A stretch of DNA of 63,992 nt, counting the filler, from Sanchytrium tribonematis (lineage: Eukaryota): the NCBI GenBank assembly GCA_018985235.1. It is 6 parts of 6 records of this genome, joined end to end, with 100 filler letters (N's around TTAATTAATTAA, not from the genome) between each part and the next. Parts side by side here need not be neighbours in the genome. Positions count along the whole stretch, not along the records: positions 1 to 11,298 come from JADGIG010000265.1; 5 more parts are not named here. One strand, written 5' to 3'. The translations under genes were made by a program, and so were the position numbers. Under the pieces are notes generated by a model, which worked only from the letters and a program-made list of their open reading frames with translations, ran no database searches and was not told the DNA's origin. Positions 1 through 11,398 of the stretch are shown here, piece after piece (position 1 is the first letter of the stretch; the number at the start of each line of letters is the position of its first letter).

Positions 1-46
1 TGGCGCGGAAAACGTCTTGCTTTCTGGTCAATGCGAAGTCTTGACA

Positions 47-565
47 ATGAAATCCCAAAAGACTACAAGCAATGCACTTTCAACCGAAAATATATCTCAT
101 CAATCCTTGGTCACAATCACATCAGATGTGAATTTTATACCTTTATATATCAAACAAATAACCAATTACATGAAATACATCCCAATAGAAGACCTTCCAA
201 AAGGAATCTTTCGTTTGTCGTCTCGTCCAGAATTAATGACAACTCTTGAAATTATGATAGAAAAGAATCCGATTGTGAACTTTGATGAATTTCAATCAAA
301 GAATTGTTTGTCTCTGTCTGAAATGATAATCCTAGTGGCGAATCTACTCAAAAGATATTTGAGGACCTTGGATTTTACAAACAAGCACCTCAATTACACG
401 AAGAAAGAAATACTTCACTTTCTAAAGTATTTGGCGACTGCTTCCGATAAAACCCTGATGGACAGCAAAAACATCTCAATTATTTTCACTAGCATATTTT
501 ACCAAGATCTTGCAAATATAAAAAACAACATACCATTAATGCAATTGGAGATTGAGAATAGCTAA
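47..565 (+). CDS. Small RhoGAP-domain protein
   Basis: GIFRLSS arginine-finger motif, VANLLKRYLR, and MDSKNISIIF C-terminal motif; first in-frame ATG at 47. Confidence 0.75.
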   Translation: MKSQKTTSNALSTENISHQSLVTITSDVNFIPLYIKQITNYMKYIPIEDLPKGIFRLSSRPELMTTLEIMIEKNPIVNFDEFQSKNCLSLSEMIILVANLLKRYLRTLDFTNKHLNYTKKEILHFLKYLATASDKTLMDSKNISIIFTSIFYQDLANIKNNIPLMQLEIENS

Positions 566-674
566 GGTGGATTATAAGCAATGTGTATCTTAAAAGTAGG
601 CAACGCTTTGTGGGCTGTGGATGATCGCATGACAAGTCAGTTCAAAATGAAAATTACACCATTAAACACGGAGT

Positions 675-2201
675 ATGTTGATGCTGGTTGGCACAGAGAC
701 AAACACAGCTTTGCAATTCGCGCAGCAAATACAATTTCGATTGCAAAGATATGGTCATTCCTCCAGACTTTTGTTGGCTGACGATGTGGATGTTATACGT
801 GACTGCTCGTTTGTGGTTTCCACGTATGGTCAAGGTGAGATGCCAAAAACTATTAAAAAACTATGGGCAAGATTAATGAAAAAAGATGCACCGCGTGTCA
901 ATGCCACAATCTTTATATATGGAGTTGGTGATTCCTTTTACACCCACTATAATTACGCTGCAAAAAAATTGTATCGCAGGTTGATTCAACTGGGCGCGAA
1001 GGCCAAATTGGTGCTAGGCGATTTACAAGATGGATATGCTTCGACTTTAAAAGAATTCAGTGATTTAATAATAGGAACCCTTCCTGTCGGGGAATTTCAA
1101 TCAATTATGTACAAATATGATCTGTCAGCTGGCGACGCTGTTGAGACATTAGAATTTACCAATTACGAGCAACTGTGTGTGCAAGAAAACAAAAGATTAA
1201 CGCCTGAGGATCATTTTCAGGAAACGCGTCATATTGAATTTTCAACAAATCTAGAAAATGTTCCTGGTGACGTATTGAATATTATTCCAGAAGCTTTAAA
1301 CGACGAAGTTGATGAGGTATTAAGGCTTACTAATTGGGATAAAGACGTGATTTGGCAAATCAGAAATGGCTACGAACAGTGCCCTTCAAATTTACAAAAA
1401 GCTTTCTCAATCTTTTGCATCTTAAAATACATAGTTGACATACATGCCCTACCAGGTCCTTCCTTCTTTTACACATTATATACGAGTTGCCAAGAGTTGC
1501 AAATAGAAAGAAAGGAGGAGATTCTTTCAAGACTTTTAGCACTTTCTGAATTTGACCCTATGTACACTTTATATGTTTCCAAGCCGAAACGAACTTGTGT
1601 GGAAGTCTTATCTGACTTCCAGGATATCGCTAAACATTTAGATTCAAGACACATTTTTGATTTATTCCCATTGCATCAACCACGACAATTTTCTATAGCT
1701 TCTTGTAAAGAAGGACAATTTGACTTATGCGTAGCTCTGGTAAAATATCGGTCTATCATGAAATTAGAAAGAAGAGGACTTTGTACGCATTTCTTGAAAA
1801 GTCTAAAAATTGGGCAAAAAGTGTGGTGCAAATTAGAAAAGCATCCACTGAGAACAAAGTATCCTTTACTTATGATTGCTACTGGTACAGGAATAGCAGT
1901 ACCAAGAGCCATTTTACATTACCATCAAAAATTGCACGAAATTGATAATTTGGATAAAAACTTACTCATTTTTGGCTGCCGATATCCCGATAAAGACAAT
2001 TATTACAAAGATGAATTTGAAAGTTGTATCGATTATAGACCAGTTTATTCTAGAGTTGACAAAATATATGTTCAAGACAAATTTAATTCAATTCTTCCAA
2101 GACTTGAAAATTATAAAAATATAATAATTACTGGCAGCAAAAATTTACAAGATTTTCAAGACATCATCAAAGTCAAAGGCGTTCAATATGAGATCTGGTA
2201 A
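675..2201 (+). CDS. TAH18: NADPH-dependent diflavin oxidoreductase (NDOR1/Tah18)
   Basis: Flavodoxin motifs GTETNTA, STYGQGEMP, GVGDSFY; PRQFSIAS, ATGTGIA, FGCR; C-terminal EIW. Confidence 0.9.
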   Translation: MLMLVGTETNTALQFAQQIQFRLQRYGHSSRLLLADDVDVIRDCSFVVSTYGQGEMPKTIKKLWARLMKKDAPRVNATIFIYGVGDSFYTHYNYAAKKLYRRLIQLGAKAKLVLGDLQDGYASTLKEFSDLIIGTLPVGEFQSIMYKYDLSAGDAVETLEFTNYEQLCVQENKRLTPEDHFQETRHIEFSTNLENVPGDVLNIIPEALNDEVDEVLRLTNWDKDVIWQIRNGYEQCPSNLQKAFSIFCILKYIVDIHALPGPSFFYTLYTSCQELQIERKEEILSRLLALSEFDPMYTLYVSKPKRTCVEVLSDFQDIAKHLDSRHIFDLFPLHQPRQFSIASCKEGQFDLCVALVKYRSIMKLERRGLCTHFLKSLKIGQKVWCKLEKHPLRTKYPLLMIATGTGIAVPRAILHYHQKLHEIDNLDKNLLIFGCRYPDKDNYYKDEFESCIDYRPVYSRVDKIYVQDKFNSILPRLENYKNIIITGSKNLQDFQDIIKVKGVQYEIW

Positions 2202-2493
2202 TTTAACGCAATTGTGTAGCAGGATTTTGCATCATTAAAAATTTCTGTCAGCCAATCAACAGAGTCTGAAGATACTAATATCAGACTTTAAATGGATATA
2301 TGGAGATCCAGCCCAAACTTTTGAATGCTTTTCCACAATATTATTTACGCGGCAACCTTTCGGTTTTGTTTTTGCGAAATGGCTAAAAAACCCATGAACA
2401 GCGAAGAGATACTCGACTGCTTATTTCATAGCAGGACTCCAACAAACTTTTTAGCCCGATACCTTCAAAATGGCTGTTAGAATGTTAATAAAT

Positions 2494-3258
2494 CTAGTCC
2501 TCAGACATTCCTTTTTGGATATATGTTTCTATCCGATCGACTTCGTTCTGGAAATCATCAAATAGAGATTCCAAATATTCATGCTCCATGGAAACTAATT
2601 TTTTCTTTAAATTCGCAATGAGTTTCGATGCCGAGCGAAAATGTTGCAATCGTTCTAGACAAAATCGACCACTAAAATATGTATTATCGTCAAGCTGTAC
2701 TTCAAATCTGGATGTCCTATTTTTTAAACCACAAATGTCACAACCATCAACACTATCGATCTCAAAAGACTTGAATTTTTTGGTTTTTTCCACCTCTTTT
2801 GACAATTTTGGTGTCCATCTTTGAGATTTTAATTGTTCCTTCAAGTGTTTCACCTTGTACTCAAATCTGTTTTTTGCGCTGACCAGGTCCTCATTGCTGT
2901 CGTCATTAGTGCACAAATATTGACAAAATAGAACAAACCATTCTTGATTCGAGACACTTCGGTAATCTAGCGGAAGCAAGACTCTTCTAGTCTCCGAATT
3001 ATCGATAAAATTAATATCTGGATCTGATTCTTCATCGGAGGATATGACTAACTTGCTCTTGGGGGTTTCTGGAATGTCAATTAAATCATTCAGTTCATTA
3101 TCGCTTATTCGAACCTCACTCATTGTAGAATCTGATTCAGTGTCTATAACTTCTGCAATTTCACTTTCTTCACTTTCACTCACTATCACTTTTTTACGAA
3201 GTGGTTCCATATCGTCTGACGATGAAGTGGAGATTCTTCTTTTAGTCAAACTTGTCAT
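2494..3258 (-). CDS. DUF4211/CCDC82-like protein
   Basis: Acidic N-terminus, SQRW, CDIC and GRFC motifs; ATG at 3258 preferred because a CTCCTT element lies upstream (alternative ATG 3291). Confidence 0.6.
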   Translation of the reverse strand: MTSLTKRRISTSSSDDMEPLRKKVIVSESEESEIAEVIDTESDSTMSEVRISDNELNDLIDIPETPKSKLVISSDEESDPDINFIDNSETRRVLLPLDYRSVSNQEWFVLFCQYLCTNDDSNEDLVSAKNRFEYKVKHLKEQLKSQRWTPKLSKEVEKTKKFKSFEIDSVDGCDICGLKNRTSRFEVQLDDNTYFSGRFCLERLQHFRSASKLIANLKKKLVSMEHEYLESLFDDFQNEVDRIETYIQKGMSED

Positions 3259-3438
3259 TATCAACTTTAGGCAATGACACAAGGAGATCATTTGTACGAT
3301 TTAAATTCGAGATATCAAGATGTTCTTCGTCCTTCTGAGAAACCAAAACAAAAAAGATTCGTTATTAAGCAAGTCAAACTAGACAACGATTTTATAGACG
3401 AATTTAGTAAACTGTAAATTATTTTAATAATATCATAT

Positions 3439-5335
3439 TTACTTAATGTTGAGTTTTGGAATGGCAACTGAATAGACTAGAGGTACAGCTTTTGAGTCTT
3501 CTTGTTCCACATGCAACTCTGCTAAAACAGAACCATCTGGTTGAACTTCAGTTCTAGCAAAATTTCTTCTTCTCATCAACTTTTGATTATTCAATTTTTT
3601 ACCATCGACATCAGTAGGAAATAATTTAAACATTTCTTCCTTGGTTCGTGTGTTTAAATGATGCACCTTTTCATTGACATGAAGAATGTTAATGACTGCA
3701 TCTGGTGGTGGTTCATTCACGATAGCACTTGTTACAATTTGAGTCATATCATGTGGATCAGATTCTCTATCTTTACCAGAGCCACTGAAAAACCTTCCAG
3801 CACCGCAGCAATGAACATCTCCGCTTACAAATGATATTCTAAGCTTCTGTCTTGTGGCAAACTCTTGTAAATTTTCAACAAGAATTTTCCTTTCTGATTT
3901 ATGCTCATGGGCAGTCCAATGGTCGCACAAGTCGTCCAATACTATATGAGACTAAAATACATTCTGGTTCTCCAAATTTAGAAATCATCGCTTTAAAAAC
4001 ACCCTTCTTTTGGAATTGTTTTGTGATGGCTCGAACAGCACCCACACCATTAATAGCACTACTAAGCATAGCAAGCCCTTTTTCAGTAGCTTTTAGCCTT
4101 GGATATACAATTGGAACTGGTAATAAAACAAATAAATGATCCACATGAACTGGAAGTCGATCTAGCGCATCGTATATTTTACGGTAGGATGTGGGGCTAA
4201 CAACTTGGTCTTTTGATCTTTCCTTTCGAGTGTCAACTAATAAAACTGCTTGCTTATCTCCAAGGTGTCGAATAAAGCTGTTGCCTTGATCTCCAAAATA
4301 TCCTTCTTGTCTCAGCATTTGTTCAGTGCCCTGATGTTGGAAAAATAAATAATACTTATAAGCGACTTTAAATACACCCTGAAAAACAGGACAATTTTGT
4401 AACCTATCAGGATAAGATCCATATCCATCAAAAAGATCATGGTCGTCCAAAACAAAAGAATATGGAATTTCAGCAATTGCTCTATTCAAACCAGGTCTGG
4501 AAAAATGTCTACAATATTGTTGAAAAAACCAAGCATCTGTCTCTGATTCCATAAGTTGAGTCCATTCGTGGGTTTCTCTTTGTTTTTTACTGACAATTTT
4601 GATCCATGCTACTAATGACGGCACCTCATCAAATACTTTATCGCAATACAACTGATCTCCGCCACCCATTTGACAATGATAAGGCTTGGTCTTGTGTTGC
4701 TCCAAAACATGATTCCAAAGGCCATCAAATGGATATTTCACCTCATCAACGCCACTAGAATAGCCATTGCAAGAGTGCCACAATGTTCTCAAACTTTCCT
4801 CTGATCCAGGCAGTGCAACTGTAAAAATGTCTTGATGTCCATTAATGCGATATTGCACAACGCGTGGTTGATTTAATGGGATAGTAAAAGAAAATCTAAG
4901 GAAGAAATATTCCTTGTGTTGTGTAAATGATATTGGCTGTATAACTAATTCTTGTTGATCAATCAAAACAAGAGACTCTACATTTCTTTTAGAAACAATC
5001 ATAACGCTTCCATACCAGGTTCTATTTAAAACGCCATTAAATTTTAAAAAAGGACCATAAAAGTCTTTCAGTTCAGATTGCTGACGGTTTAGGTTCATAT
5101 TTTGCATGCTTTCTTGAGCCAAATTAACTTGTGATTGAGTAGCATTTAATTCTTGTTGACTAGGCTGTGTTGCTTGAGTTTGATAACTTAGGGAATAAGT
5201 GCTTGTTGGCTGAGATAGTTGCGTAGGCGTGTTAAAGCCAGAATTTTGAATGCTGGGATCTGGAACGTATGATTGGGGCATAGAATATTGCTGGTTGGGA
5301 TTTTGGTTTGGATCAAAAGGTTGGTTTGGATTCAT
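3439..5335 (-). CDS. PhoD-like metallophosphatase, two exons (19-nt intron 3942-3960), 625 aa
   Basis: SCNG, GGDQLYCD, DDHDLFDGYGSY, SGDVH motifs; removing GTATTTTAGTCTCATATAG joins the two ORFs to EPELLDDLCDHW; Q/P-rich N-terminus. Confidence 0.9.
3942..3960 (-). other. 19-nt spliceosomal intron (PhoD)
   Basis: GTATTTTAGTCTCATATAG. Confidence 0.9.
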
Positions 5336-5568
5336 CTCCTAAGTTTTAGATCGCCAAGTCATTCGATGACATGGCAATATTTGGAGTAAAATTCTGATAG
5401 ATATGTGTCGTATAATAATAACAATGTAGCCAAACCGCAACTGCTTTTTGAATTTGTAATTCCAATGCCCTATCTTAAATTTTGTAATTACCGATTCAGT
5501 TTTTGTGACACCTTGAAAAACCAAATTCTGAAGCTTGAAATCTTAAATATTAAGAATAAAAACGGAAT

Positions 5569-6273
5569 TTACTGTTTAGGACGATTTCTTCGTCGCTTCA
5601 TTAAATGCTTCAAGACTGGCTCCTCAATTTCTTCCAATAAATCTGTAACGTAAGTTTCTGTGCTTCTTGACTCTCTGCTAAGAGTTGCTGAGGGCTCTAC
5701 ACCAATAGACCCATGGCCAACAAACCCTACTGGATGTTTAGCAAAGTTATCTAAATATTGCTTTCCAATGCTGGAAACTTTATTTTCCGGCAGACTTATC
5801 AGCTTTCCACTGTGTTCAATATTTCCTACTAAAATCTGTGGTCCTTTAAAATCAGTACCACTGGAGCCGCTGACTATGATATCTGCACAATTTGCGTAAA
5901 ACTCTCTGTTGCCAATTTCATTCATCCAAGACCAAAGCAAAATACTCTTTCCATTGGGAATATTTAGAGGGATAGGCAGTTGATAATCCGCTTCTGGCGC
6001 CGGACAGCCAGTATCAATTGTGTGAATTACAACAAATGTCTCACCTTCGTCGTAACTCAAGGACCACTGACAAATTCCACCACCATGGTTTGCAGTTCCA
6101 TGAATATGAGACTCGATTGTGGATCCTGCCTTAATCGGTGTTGGATCTACAGGAGCCAAGCCCTTACACGGAAACTGATCAGAGCTTATTGGTGCAGTGT
6201 CATAATTAAAGCCTCTTGTGGCAGGAACAGACATTCTCATATGCGCTAAAATTGCCAAAAACAAAATTTGCAT
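5569..6273 (-). CDS. Secreted AA11-like lytic polysaccharide monooxygenase
   Basis: His immediately after a hydrophobic leader, FPCKG, HGGGICQWSLSYD, WSWMNEIGNREFYANCADI. Confidence 0.8.
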   Translation of the reverse strand: MQILFLAILAHMRMSVPATRGFNYDTAPISSDQFPCKGLAPVDPTPIKAGSTIESHIHGTANHGGGICQWSLSYDEGETFVVIHTIDTGCPAPEADYQLPIPLNIPNGKSILLWSWMNEIGNREFYANCADIIVSGSSGTDFKGPQILVGNIEHSGKLISLPENKVSSIGKQYLDNFAKHPVGFVGHGSIGVEPSATLSRESRSTETYVTDLLEEIEEPVLKHLMKRRRNRPKQ

Positions 6274-6544
6274 AAATCGTAACTTTTGTCTCTATTTAAA
6301 GAATAATATAATGACGTCCATTACGGGTCGGCAAAATTTGCCAATTGTTGGTTTCAGATGACCTGTCACTGACTCAATGATCTTGTGATTTTAATCTCTG
6401 AGTGAACCAAAATTGTTTTTGCCATACCTAAAAGAATTTCATTTTGATTTCATTTCAAAAGCAAGGATTAGAAATGATAGCCATATTGATAACAATATAT
6501 GAAGACATTCGAAATGGAGTTTGTGTTTCGCATTTTATTAGCAA

Positions 6545-6901
6545 ATGGATTTGGAAATTAAGAATGAAATTGGCAATGTGCTGAGCGAGAGTTTTGTTGA
6601 TATTGAAAATAAACCAGAATCAGAGAAAGAATTTAACGTTGAAGCTATTGAAAGAGAGCTTTCAAATCAATTAAATTGGGATAAAATCTGCACCGAAGAT
6701 GGCAAGCGAAGAGTCGCAAGATATCTAGATAAATGGAGAGATGGCGAACAATATCACGCGTTGTTTATTGTCTGCATTTTAAATAGAGATTTGACAGATG
6801 TGATTCGCTTTTTTCACGAAAACGGCCGAGAAACGAATCCCGAATTAATGTCGGTATACGAGGGCCTTTTGGAATTTTTAAAACAGCTCTCTCTCAAGTA
6901 A
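6545..6901 (+). CDS. Hypothetical protein, 118 aa
   Basis: Non-overlapping ORF with ATG and typical composition; no motif recognised. Confidence 0.55.
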   Translation: MDLEIKNEIGNVLSESFVDIENKPESEKEFNVEAIERELSNQLNWDKICTEDGKRRVARYLDKWRDGEQYHALFIVCILNRDLTDVIRFFHENGRETNPELMSVYEGLLEFLKQLSLK

Positions 6902-6962
6902 ATAATTTGATTAAATTATGAAATGAGTATTATACCAATTACATGAAACAAACTCTTTCATC

Positions 6963-8663
6963 ATGCTCGAAAAAGTTGTCATTTTTTATAAATTGGTTGA
7001 AAAGGATCAGACCAATCGAATTGTTTCTTATAGAGGTTACGACGCTGATGCGGTGAATTGTGAAAATAGAATTTTGGAATTGAAAGAGGCTGTTTTAGCA
7101 AGAGGCGGACTTGAAGGAATATCGGCTAAGGAATTGTTTGTATTTAAAAATGAAGACGATGCAGCCAGAGAAGAGAACACACTTGAGACTTTTGATTCAG
7201 CTATAGATAACAAGAGTCCTGAAAGATATTTGTATATCTTAATACGGGTCAAAACTCCAATTTTGTTACACCAAAATTATGACCTTAACAAGATCGCCTT
7301 GGAAATCAAGACTTTTTCATGCAATAATATTGATATTCCCTCTTCACTAAGAAGCGATCAATGTATTTTCTCAAAAGACATAGATTTACCAATGTCATTA
7401 ATGCTGAGTGACCAGGTTGATTTCTGCATGCCTGAAAGAAACCCTTTAAAAAACAATGAGCCGGAAAGTCAGCACAAACAACTAATTTCAAAATTAAGTA
7501 GATGGGATACAAATGTTGTATTAATGTGTGGTGTGAGTGGTGCAGGTAAAACAACCACTGCATTTTCCATCGCAAGTGAATCTTATTGTATTTATACAGA
7601 TTATCGATTCGATGACAAAGTCGATACATTGAAGTCATATGGTGATCACTCCGGAAGTCTTTTGAAAAAATGTAAAAACTCAGACTATTGTGACGACAAG
7701 GTCTCAAACTACGTTTGTGTTGATATATTTTGCCGGCTCTTTATTTTCCATACACTAAAAAACGCGAGAAAAATTAAAACTCCTTTAGAATGGCTATATT
7801 TTCAAATTGGAAAGAATTCGAATGTTTTTGCGAAATTTTATGATCAAATATTAGCCTTGAATCTCACCACAGCGGTAGTCAAGGGGTATACAAGGCAAAT
7901 TACTACCTTGAATGCCGTTATTTTTATTCGTGATGATTTACATAGATTGAATTGTATTGAACACAAGTTTGGTGATAAGTACAATTTTCTAACTTTTACA
8001 ACCAAGATATATCTGGAACTTGGTGTAAAACAACTCCTGTTAGGTACCAAAATTCCTTTACAAATGAGCTTGGAACCTTCAAAAGTATCTAAGATCGGTA
8101 AAATGAGAATTTATGACGTTTTCTTATTTTTTGACTTTCCATTTTACACAAAAGAGGAAGTCCAAAAGATTTTGATTAAAGTGTTGAGAAAAGATACGTT
8201 TCGTGTATCTACTTTGAAAAAAATTTCAGAAGTGCTATACGGAAGGGCAAGAAATGTCGGTGGTTTTTTGGAATACATTTCAGGCATAAATTATGCAATT
8301 GAAAATGCGGACAATCATATACTAGATGCTCTCAATGATTATACGAACCAATTAATAGAGTTCTACTCCAGCTCTATAATATCTGTGCTTGAAAATGATA
8401 TTAATAATCACAGCAATCCCTTTAATCAATTGGTTGATTTTGTATCTGGAAAATCAGTTCAAACGATGGTCACTAAAAACTCCATATTTGAATATTTTGT
8501 ATTGCCGGTCATTCCTCTTTCCAAATGCGTTGCTATAAAAGAAAATGAAACAATTGACGCTTTTCGATTGTTTCTACACTCTGAATTGGAGAAGTTTATT
8601 CCTGATGTTGTGGCGAAAATCAAGCAAGATTCCTCGATAAAAATCAAGGATCAATCGCTTTAA
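6963..8663 (+). CDS. Crinkler-like protein (CRN-type N-terminal domain + P-loop NTPase)
   Basis: LKEAV...ISAKELFVFK...YLYILIR N-terminus; Walker A GVSGAGKT; Walker B-like IFIRDDLH; LYGRAR. Confidence 0.65.
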   Translation: MLEKVVIFYKLVEKDQTNRIVSYRGYDADAVNCENRILELKEAVLARGGLEGISAKELFVFKNEDDAAREENTLETFDSAIDNKSPERYLYILIRVKTPILLHQNYDLNKIALEIKTFSCNNIDIPSSLRSDQCIFSKDIDLPMSLMLSDQVDFCMPERNPLKNNEPESQHKQLISKLSRWDTNVVLMCGVSGAGKTTTAFSIASESYCIYTDYRFDDKVDTLKSYGDHSGSLLKKCKNSDYCDDKVSNYVCVDIFCRLFIFHTLKNARKIKTPLEWLYFQIGKNSNVFAKFYDQILALNLTTAVVKGYTRQITTLNAVIFIRDDLHRLNCIEHKFGDKYNFLTFTTKIYLELGVKQLLLGTKIPLQMSLEPSKVSKIGKMRIYDVFLFFDFPFYTKEEVQKILIKVLRKDTFRVSTLKKISEVLYGRARNVGGFLEYISGINYAIENADNHILDALNDYTNQLIEFYSSSIISVLENDINNHSNPFNQLVDFVSGKSVQTMVTKNSIFEYFVLPVIPLSKCVAIKENETIDAFRLFLHSELEKFIPDVVAKIKQDSSIKIKDQSL

Positions 8664-8771
8664 AATGAAAGTTGATAATAGACTCAATAGCACATTGATA
8701 AAAATGAAAGGTAAATTCCATTTACTGTCAAATAAAATTATTTAAATACTTATTACCTGTCACTTTAAATT

Positions 8772-9839
8772 TTATTGAATCCCGTCCAGTACAATATCAT
8801 TTCCTGGTCGTTTGGATAAAACCTCGCAACCGTCTTTCGTTATCAAAAGCATGTGCTCAAATTGGGCACTTTTTGAGCCATCTACTGTTACAGCTGTCCA
8901 ATTATCTGGCCAGAGAATATCTTTCCAATCCCCTAGAGCGAGCATAGGTTCGATAGTAAAGCAATGACCTTCTTTCATATAGCCAGCAACTTTCGAATTT
9001 CTATAGTGCGGCACTTGTGGAGCGCAGTGAAAATGCTTGTGTATTCCATGACCGCAATACGTTCTGATTACGGAACAATTATTTTTATCGGCTACGTTGT
9101 GAATGACTTCCCCAATTTTTTTGTATGGCACTCCAGGTTTGCAAATTTCTATAGCTTGCTTCAGAGACTCTCTGGTGGTATTCACGAGCCTAAAATCATC
9201 ACCATTTTTGTCGAAATCACCAACAAAATAGGTGTCATTGCAATCACCGTGATAACCATCTTTGTAAATTGAAATATCCAGATTGCAAATGTCACCGTCT
9301 TGTAAAATATATTGATCAGGAATTCCATGGCAAATCACTTCGTTGATACTGGTGCAGCAACTTTTAGGAAAATTATAGTAATTGAGTGGCGACGGGTAAC
9401 ATTCCAATTCCATGCATTTGTTGTGAACTTCTCTGTCAATTTCATCAGTGGTAGTGCCTGGTTTAATAATTTTTGCGCCGGCGTCCAGAACTTCTCTAGT
9501 TAATCTTCCAGATTCACGCACCAATTTTCTTTCCTCATCATTTAAAATATCAATTTTGTTCCTGTCGGATTGCCTCTCGGCAATGGGCTGACCGGTTTTA
9601 TGATAATCTGGTTTTTCAATCAATTCTTTGACTTGCCTCGTTTTGCTTAATGGATATTGAGCACGCAACGGACCAGTATATCGATAGAATGTGAATGGAT
9701 CTTGTACATGAGTTTCTGCATGCTTTGTGTAATCTGATTTAAAGCATTCCTTTCCGCAGTAAAAGCTTTTGCGACTTCTTTTCAGGCAAACGGGACAAAG
9801 CATTTTCGCTGGACTCTGACAGACTTCACATACAGTCAT
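8772..9839 (-). CDS. MAP1: Methionine aminopeptidase 1
   Basis: N-terminal zinc finger, SINEVICHGIP, CGHGIH, FTIEPM, SAQFEH. Confidence 0.97.
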   Translation of the reverse strand: MTVCEVCQSPAKMLCPVCLKRSRKSFYCGKECFKSDYTKHAETHVQDPFTFYRYTGPLRAQYPLSKTRQVKELIEKPDYHKTGQPIAERQSDRNKIDILNDEERKLVRESGRLTREVLDAGAKIIKPGTTTDEIDREVHNKCMELECYPSPLNYYNFPKSCCTSINEVICHGIPDQYILQDGDICNLDISIYKDGYHGDCNDTYFVGDFDKNGDDFRLVNTTRESLKQAIEICKPGVPYKKIGEVIHNVADKNNCSVIRTYCGHGIHKHFHCAPQVPHYRNSKVAGYMKEGHCFTIEPMLALGDWKDILWPDNWTAVTVDGSKSAQFEHMLLITKDGCEVLSKRPGNDIVLDGIQ

Positions 9840-9900
9840 GATTCTCCTTTTGTGACAATATTCAAAATTGGATGGACTGTTTCAACCGATGACGTATTTA

Positions 9901-10812
9901 TTAATTTGGGACGACATAGCCGCCCGGTGTAGAGAGCCTTTTAGTAAGAGTATGAATAGAATTGGTCAATTTCATGGCGTCATTATGCATAGGTTCTGAT
10001 GTCAGGTTTATTTCTGTCACTTCTATATTACGTACAGGGGCATGAACGAAACTGGCTGATCGTGTTTGTATGGTGGGTGACTTTGCGGAACTGGTACTTG
10101 TCGATTTGATTTCTTCTTCGATAATTTCGGAGGCATTTGAAGACTCGTCATTTTCAAAATCATGAGCATAGTCTTTAGGTTCCTCTATCAGTTGCAAAAG
10201 ATCGTTTATGTCTTCAGTTTTTGTCAGTTCGCTAGCGGAATTGGACTTATTGATATCTAAAGCTATTTCGTTGATTTCGTCAATTTTATATATATGTGAC
10301 ATTGAAGGCAAAATTCTTTCATTAATTTTGATATTGTTTAAGTCTGGCTGATTTGATTTATGTTTATCGAATGCAGGTCTTGTTTGGAAATTATTTGACA
10401 ATGGTTTTGTGGTTTTGATATCCTCCAAATCCCACTCATTTTCCTCTTTTGCTACAAAATCTTGTCTTTTATCGTATATATCATCATCTACTGGCTTAAA
10501 ATTTTTTTCCATATCATTTTTTAGGCATTCGATATATTTATCTGGTAGTTTGTTATAGTCTAAGGAGAGATGAACATTACATATAATGTCCACGATTTCC
10601 ATTATTTGTTTAAATTTAAAATCACGCAAAATAGTATGGCGTCTTAGTAAATCTAGCGTACACTTCACTATCAAAATTTCAATTTCTTGGTCAGGTGAAA
10701 ATATCAAAACTCTCAGTGGCATTCTCAATTCTCTCTTCTTTCCATTTCTTTCATACTGACAAAGTAGAACTGGTTTGGGTAAATTTGATTTTAAAATCAT
10801 CTCAAAAACCAT
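9901..10812 (-). CDS. CEP19: CEP19-like centriolar/ciliary protein
   Basis: GKKRELRMPLR and LDYNKL...KNDMEKNF...IYDKRQDF...EWD resemble CEP19 blocks; long low-complexity tail. Confidence 0.6.
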   Translation of the reverse strand: MVFEMILKSNLPKPVLLCQYERNGKKRELRMPLRVLIFSPDQEIEILIVKCTLDLLRRHTILRDFKFKQIMEIVDIICNVHLSLDYNKLPDKYIECLKNDMEKNFKPVDDDIYDKRQDFVAKEENEWDLEDIKTTKPLSNNFQTRPAFDKHKSNQPDLNNIKINERILPSMSHIYKIDEINEIALDINKSNSASELTKTEDINDLLQLIEEPKDYAHDFENDESSNASEIIEEEIKSTSTSSAKSPTIQTRSASFVHAPVRNIEVTEINLTSEPMHNDAMKLTNSIHTLTKRLSTPGGYVVPN

Positions 10813-10867
10813 TCAAAGTGGCTTTCAAAGAACTAGAAAAAAAATTTATTTGTAAATTAAATAAAAA

Positions 10868-11092
10868 CTATGACGCGGCGGATATTTTGGCTACCAACTC
10901 TTCAAGTGCGCGGCACTCAATTTCTAATGTTCTAACTCTATCTTCCATATTTCTCTTTTGTACTGAAATTACCTTATGCTCCATCAAAGCATTTTGCTTG
11001 ACCTGTATTTTATATTGCAACTCTTTAATTTTTTCCATCAAAGGTTCATCTCGGATTGTGGGAGACATGTATTTGAGTAAATCGTTTTCCAT
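10868..11092 (-). CDS. Small coiled-coil protein, 74 aa
   Basis: ATG-initiated ORF filling the gap between neighbours; heptad-like pattern. Confidence 0.5.
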   Translation of the reverse strand: MENDLLKYMSPTIRDEPLMEKIKELQYKIQVKQNALMEHKVISVQKRNMEDRVRTLEIECRALEELVAKISAAS

Positions 11093-11158
11093 GACGTTTC
11101 AGTGAATTTCACTTTGATTGGCGAAACTTTGCATTTAAATTAGAGCTGACAAATCAAT

Positions 11159-11298
11159 TTATTGAATCAAGTATTTCCCATCAAGTTTTTTAACGTTTGA
11201 ATATTGCTTCATTATAGTATCCCTCCAGGTTCCATCTTGAGAATACTTTTCCTCGATCGGGTTTCCTACCAAATTTAACTCTTCTAAACTTGGCAATT
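11159..11298 (-). CDS. DNAL1: Axonemal dynein light chain 1, C-terminal fragment cut by contig end
   Basis: Hand translation LPSLEELNLVGNPIEEKYSQDGTWRDTIMKQYSNVKKLDGKYLIQ* matches the LC1 LRR cap; absent from the ORF track. Confidence 0.8.
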
Positions 11299-11398
11299 NN
11301 NNNNNNNNNNNNNNNNNNNNNNNNNNNNNNNNNNNNNNNNNNTTAATTAATTAANNNNNNNNNNNNNNNNNNNNNNNNNNNNNNNNNNNNNNNNNNNN
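11299..11398. other. Artificial contig linker
   Basis: 44 N + TTAATTAATTAA + 44 N. Confidence 0.98.

Noticed and set aside
2202..2493. Possible snRNA or small gene between convergent TAH18 and the DUF4211-like gene
   Set aside because: I found no U1/U2/U4/U5/U6 signature and only a 33-aa ORF; an Infernal/Rfam search would settle it.
11343..11354. TTAATTAATTAA repeated about every 11.3 kb as a biological element
   Set aside because: It is centred in exact 44-N pads and gives stops in all six frames, so it is an assembly spacer.
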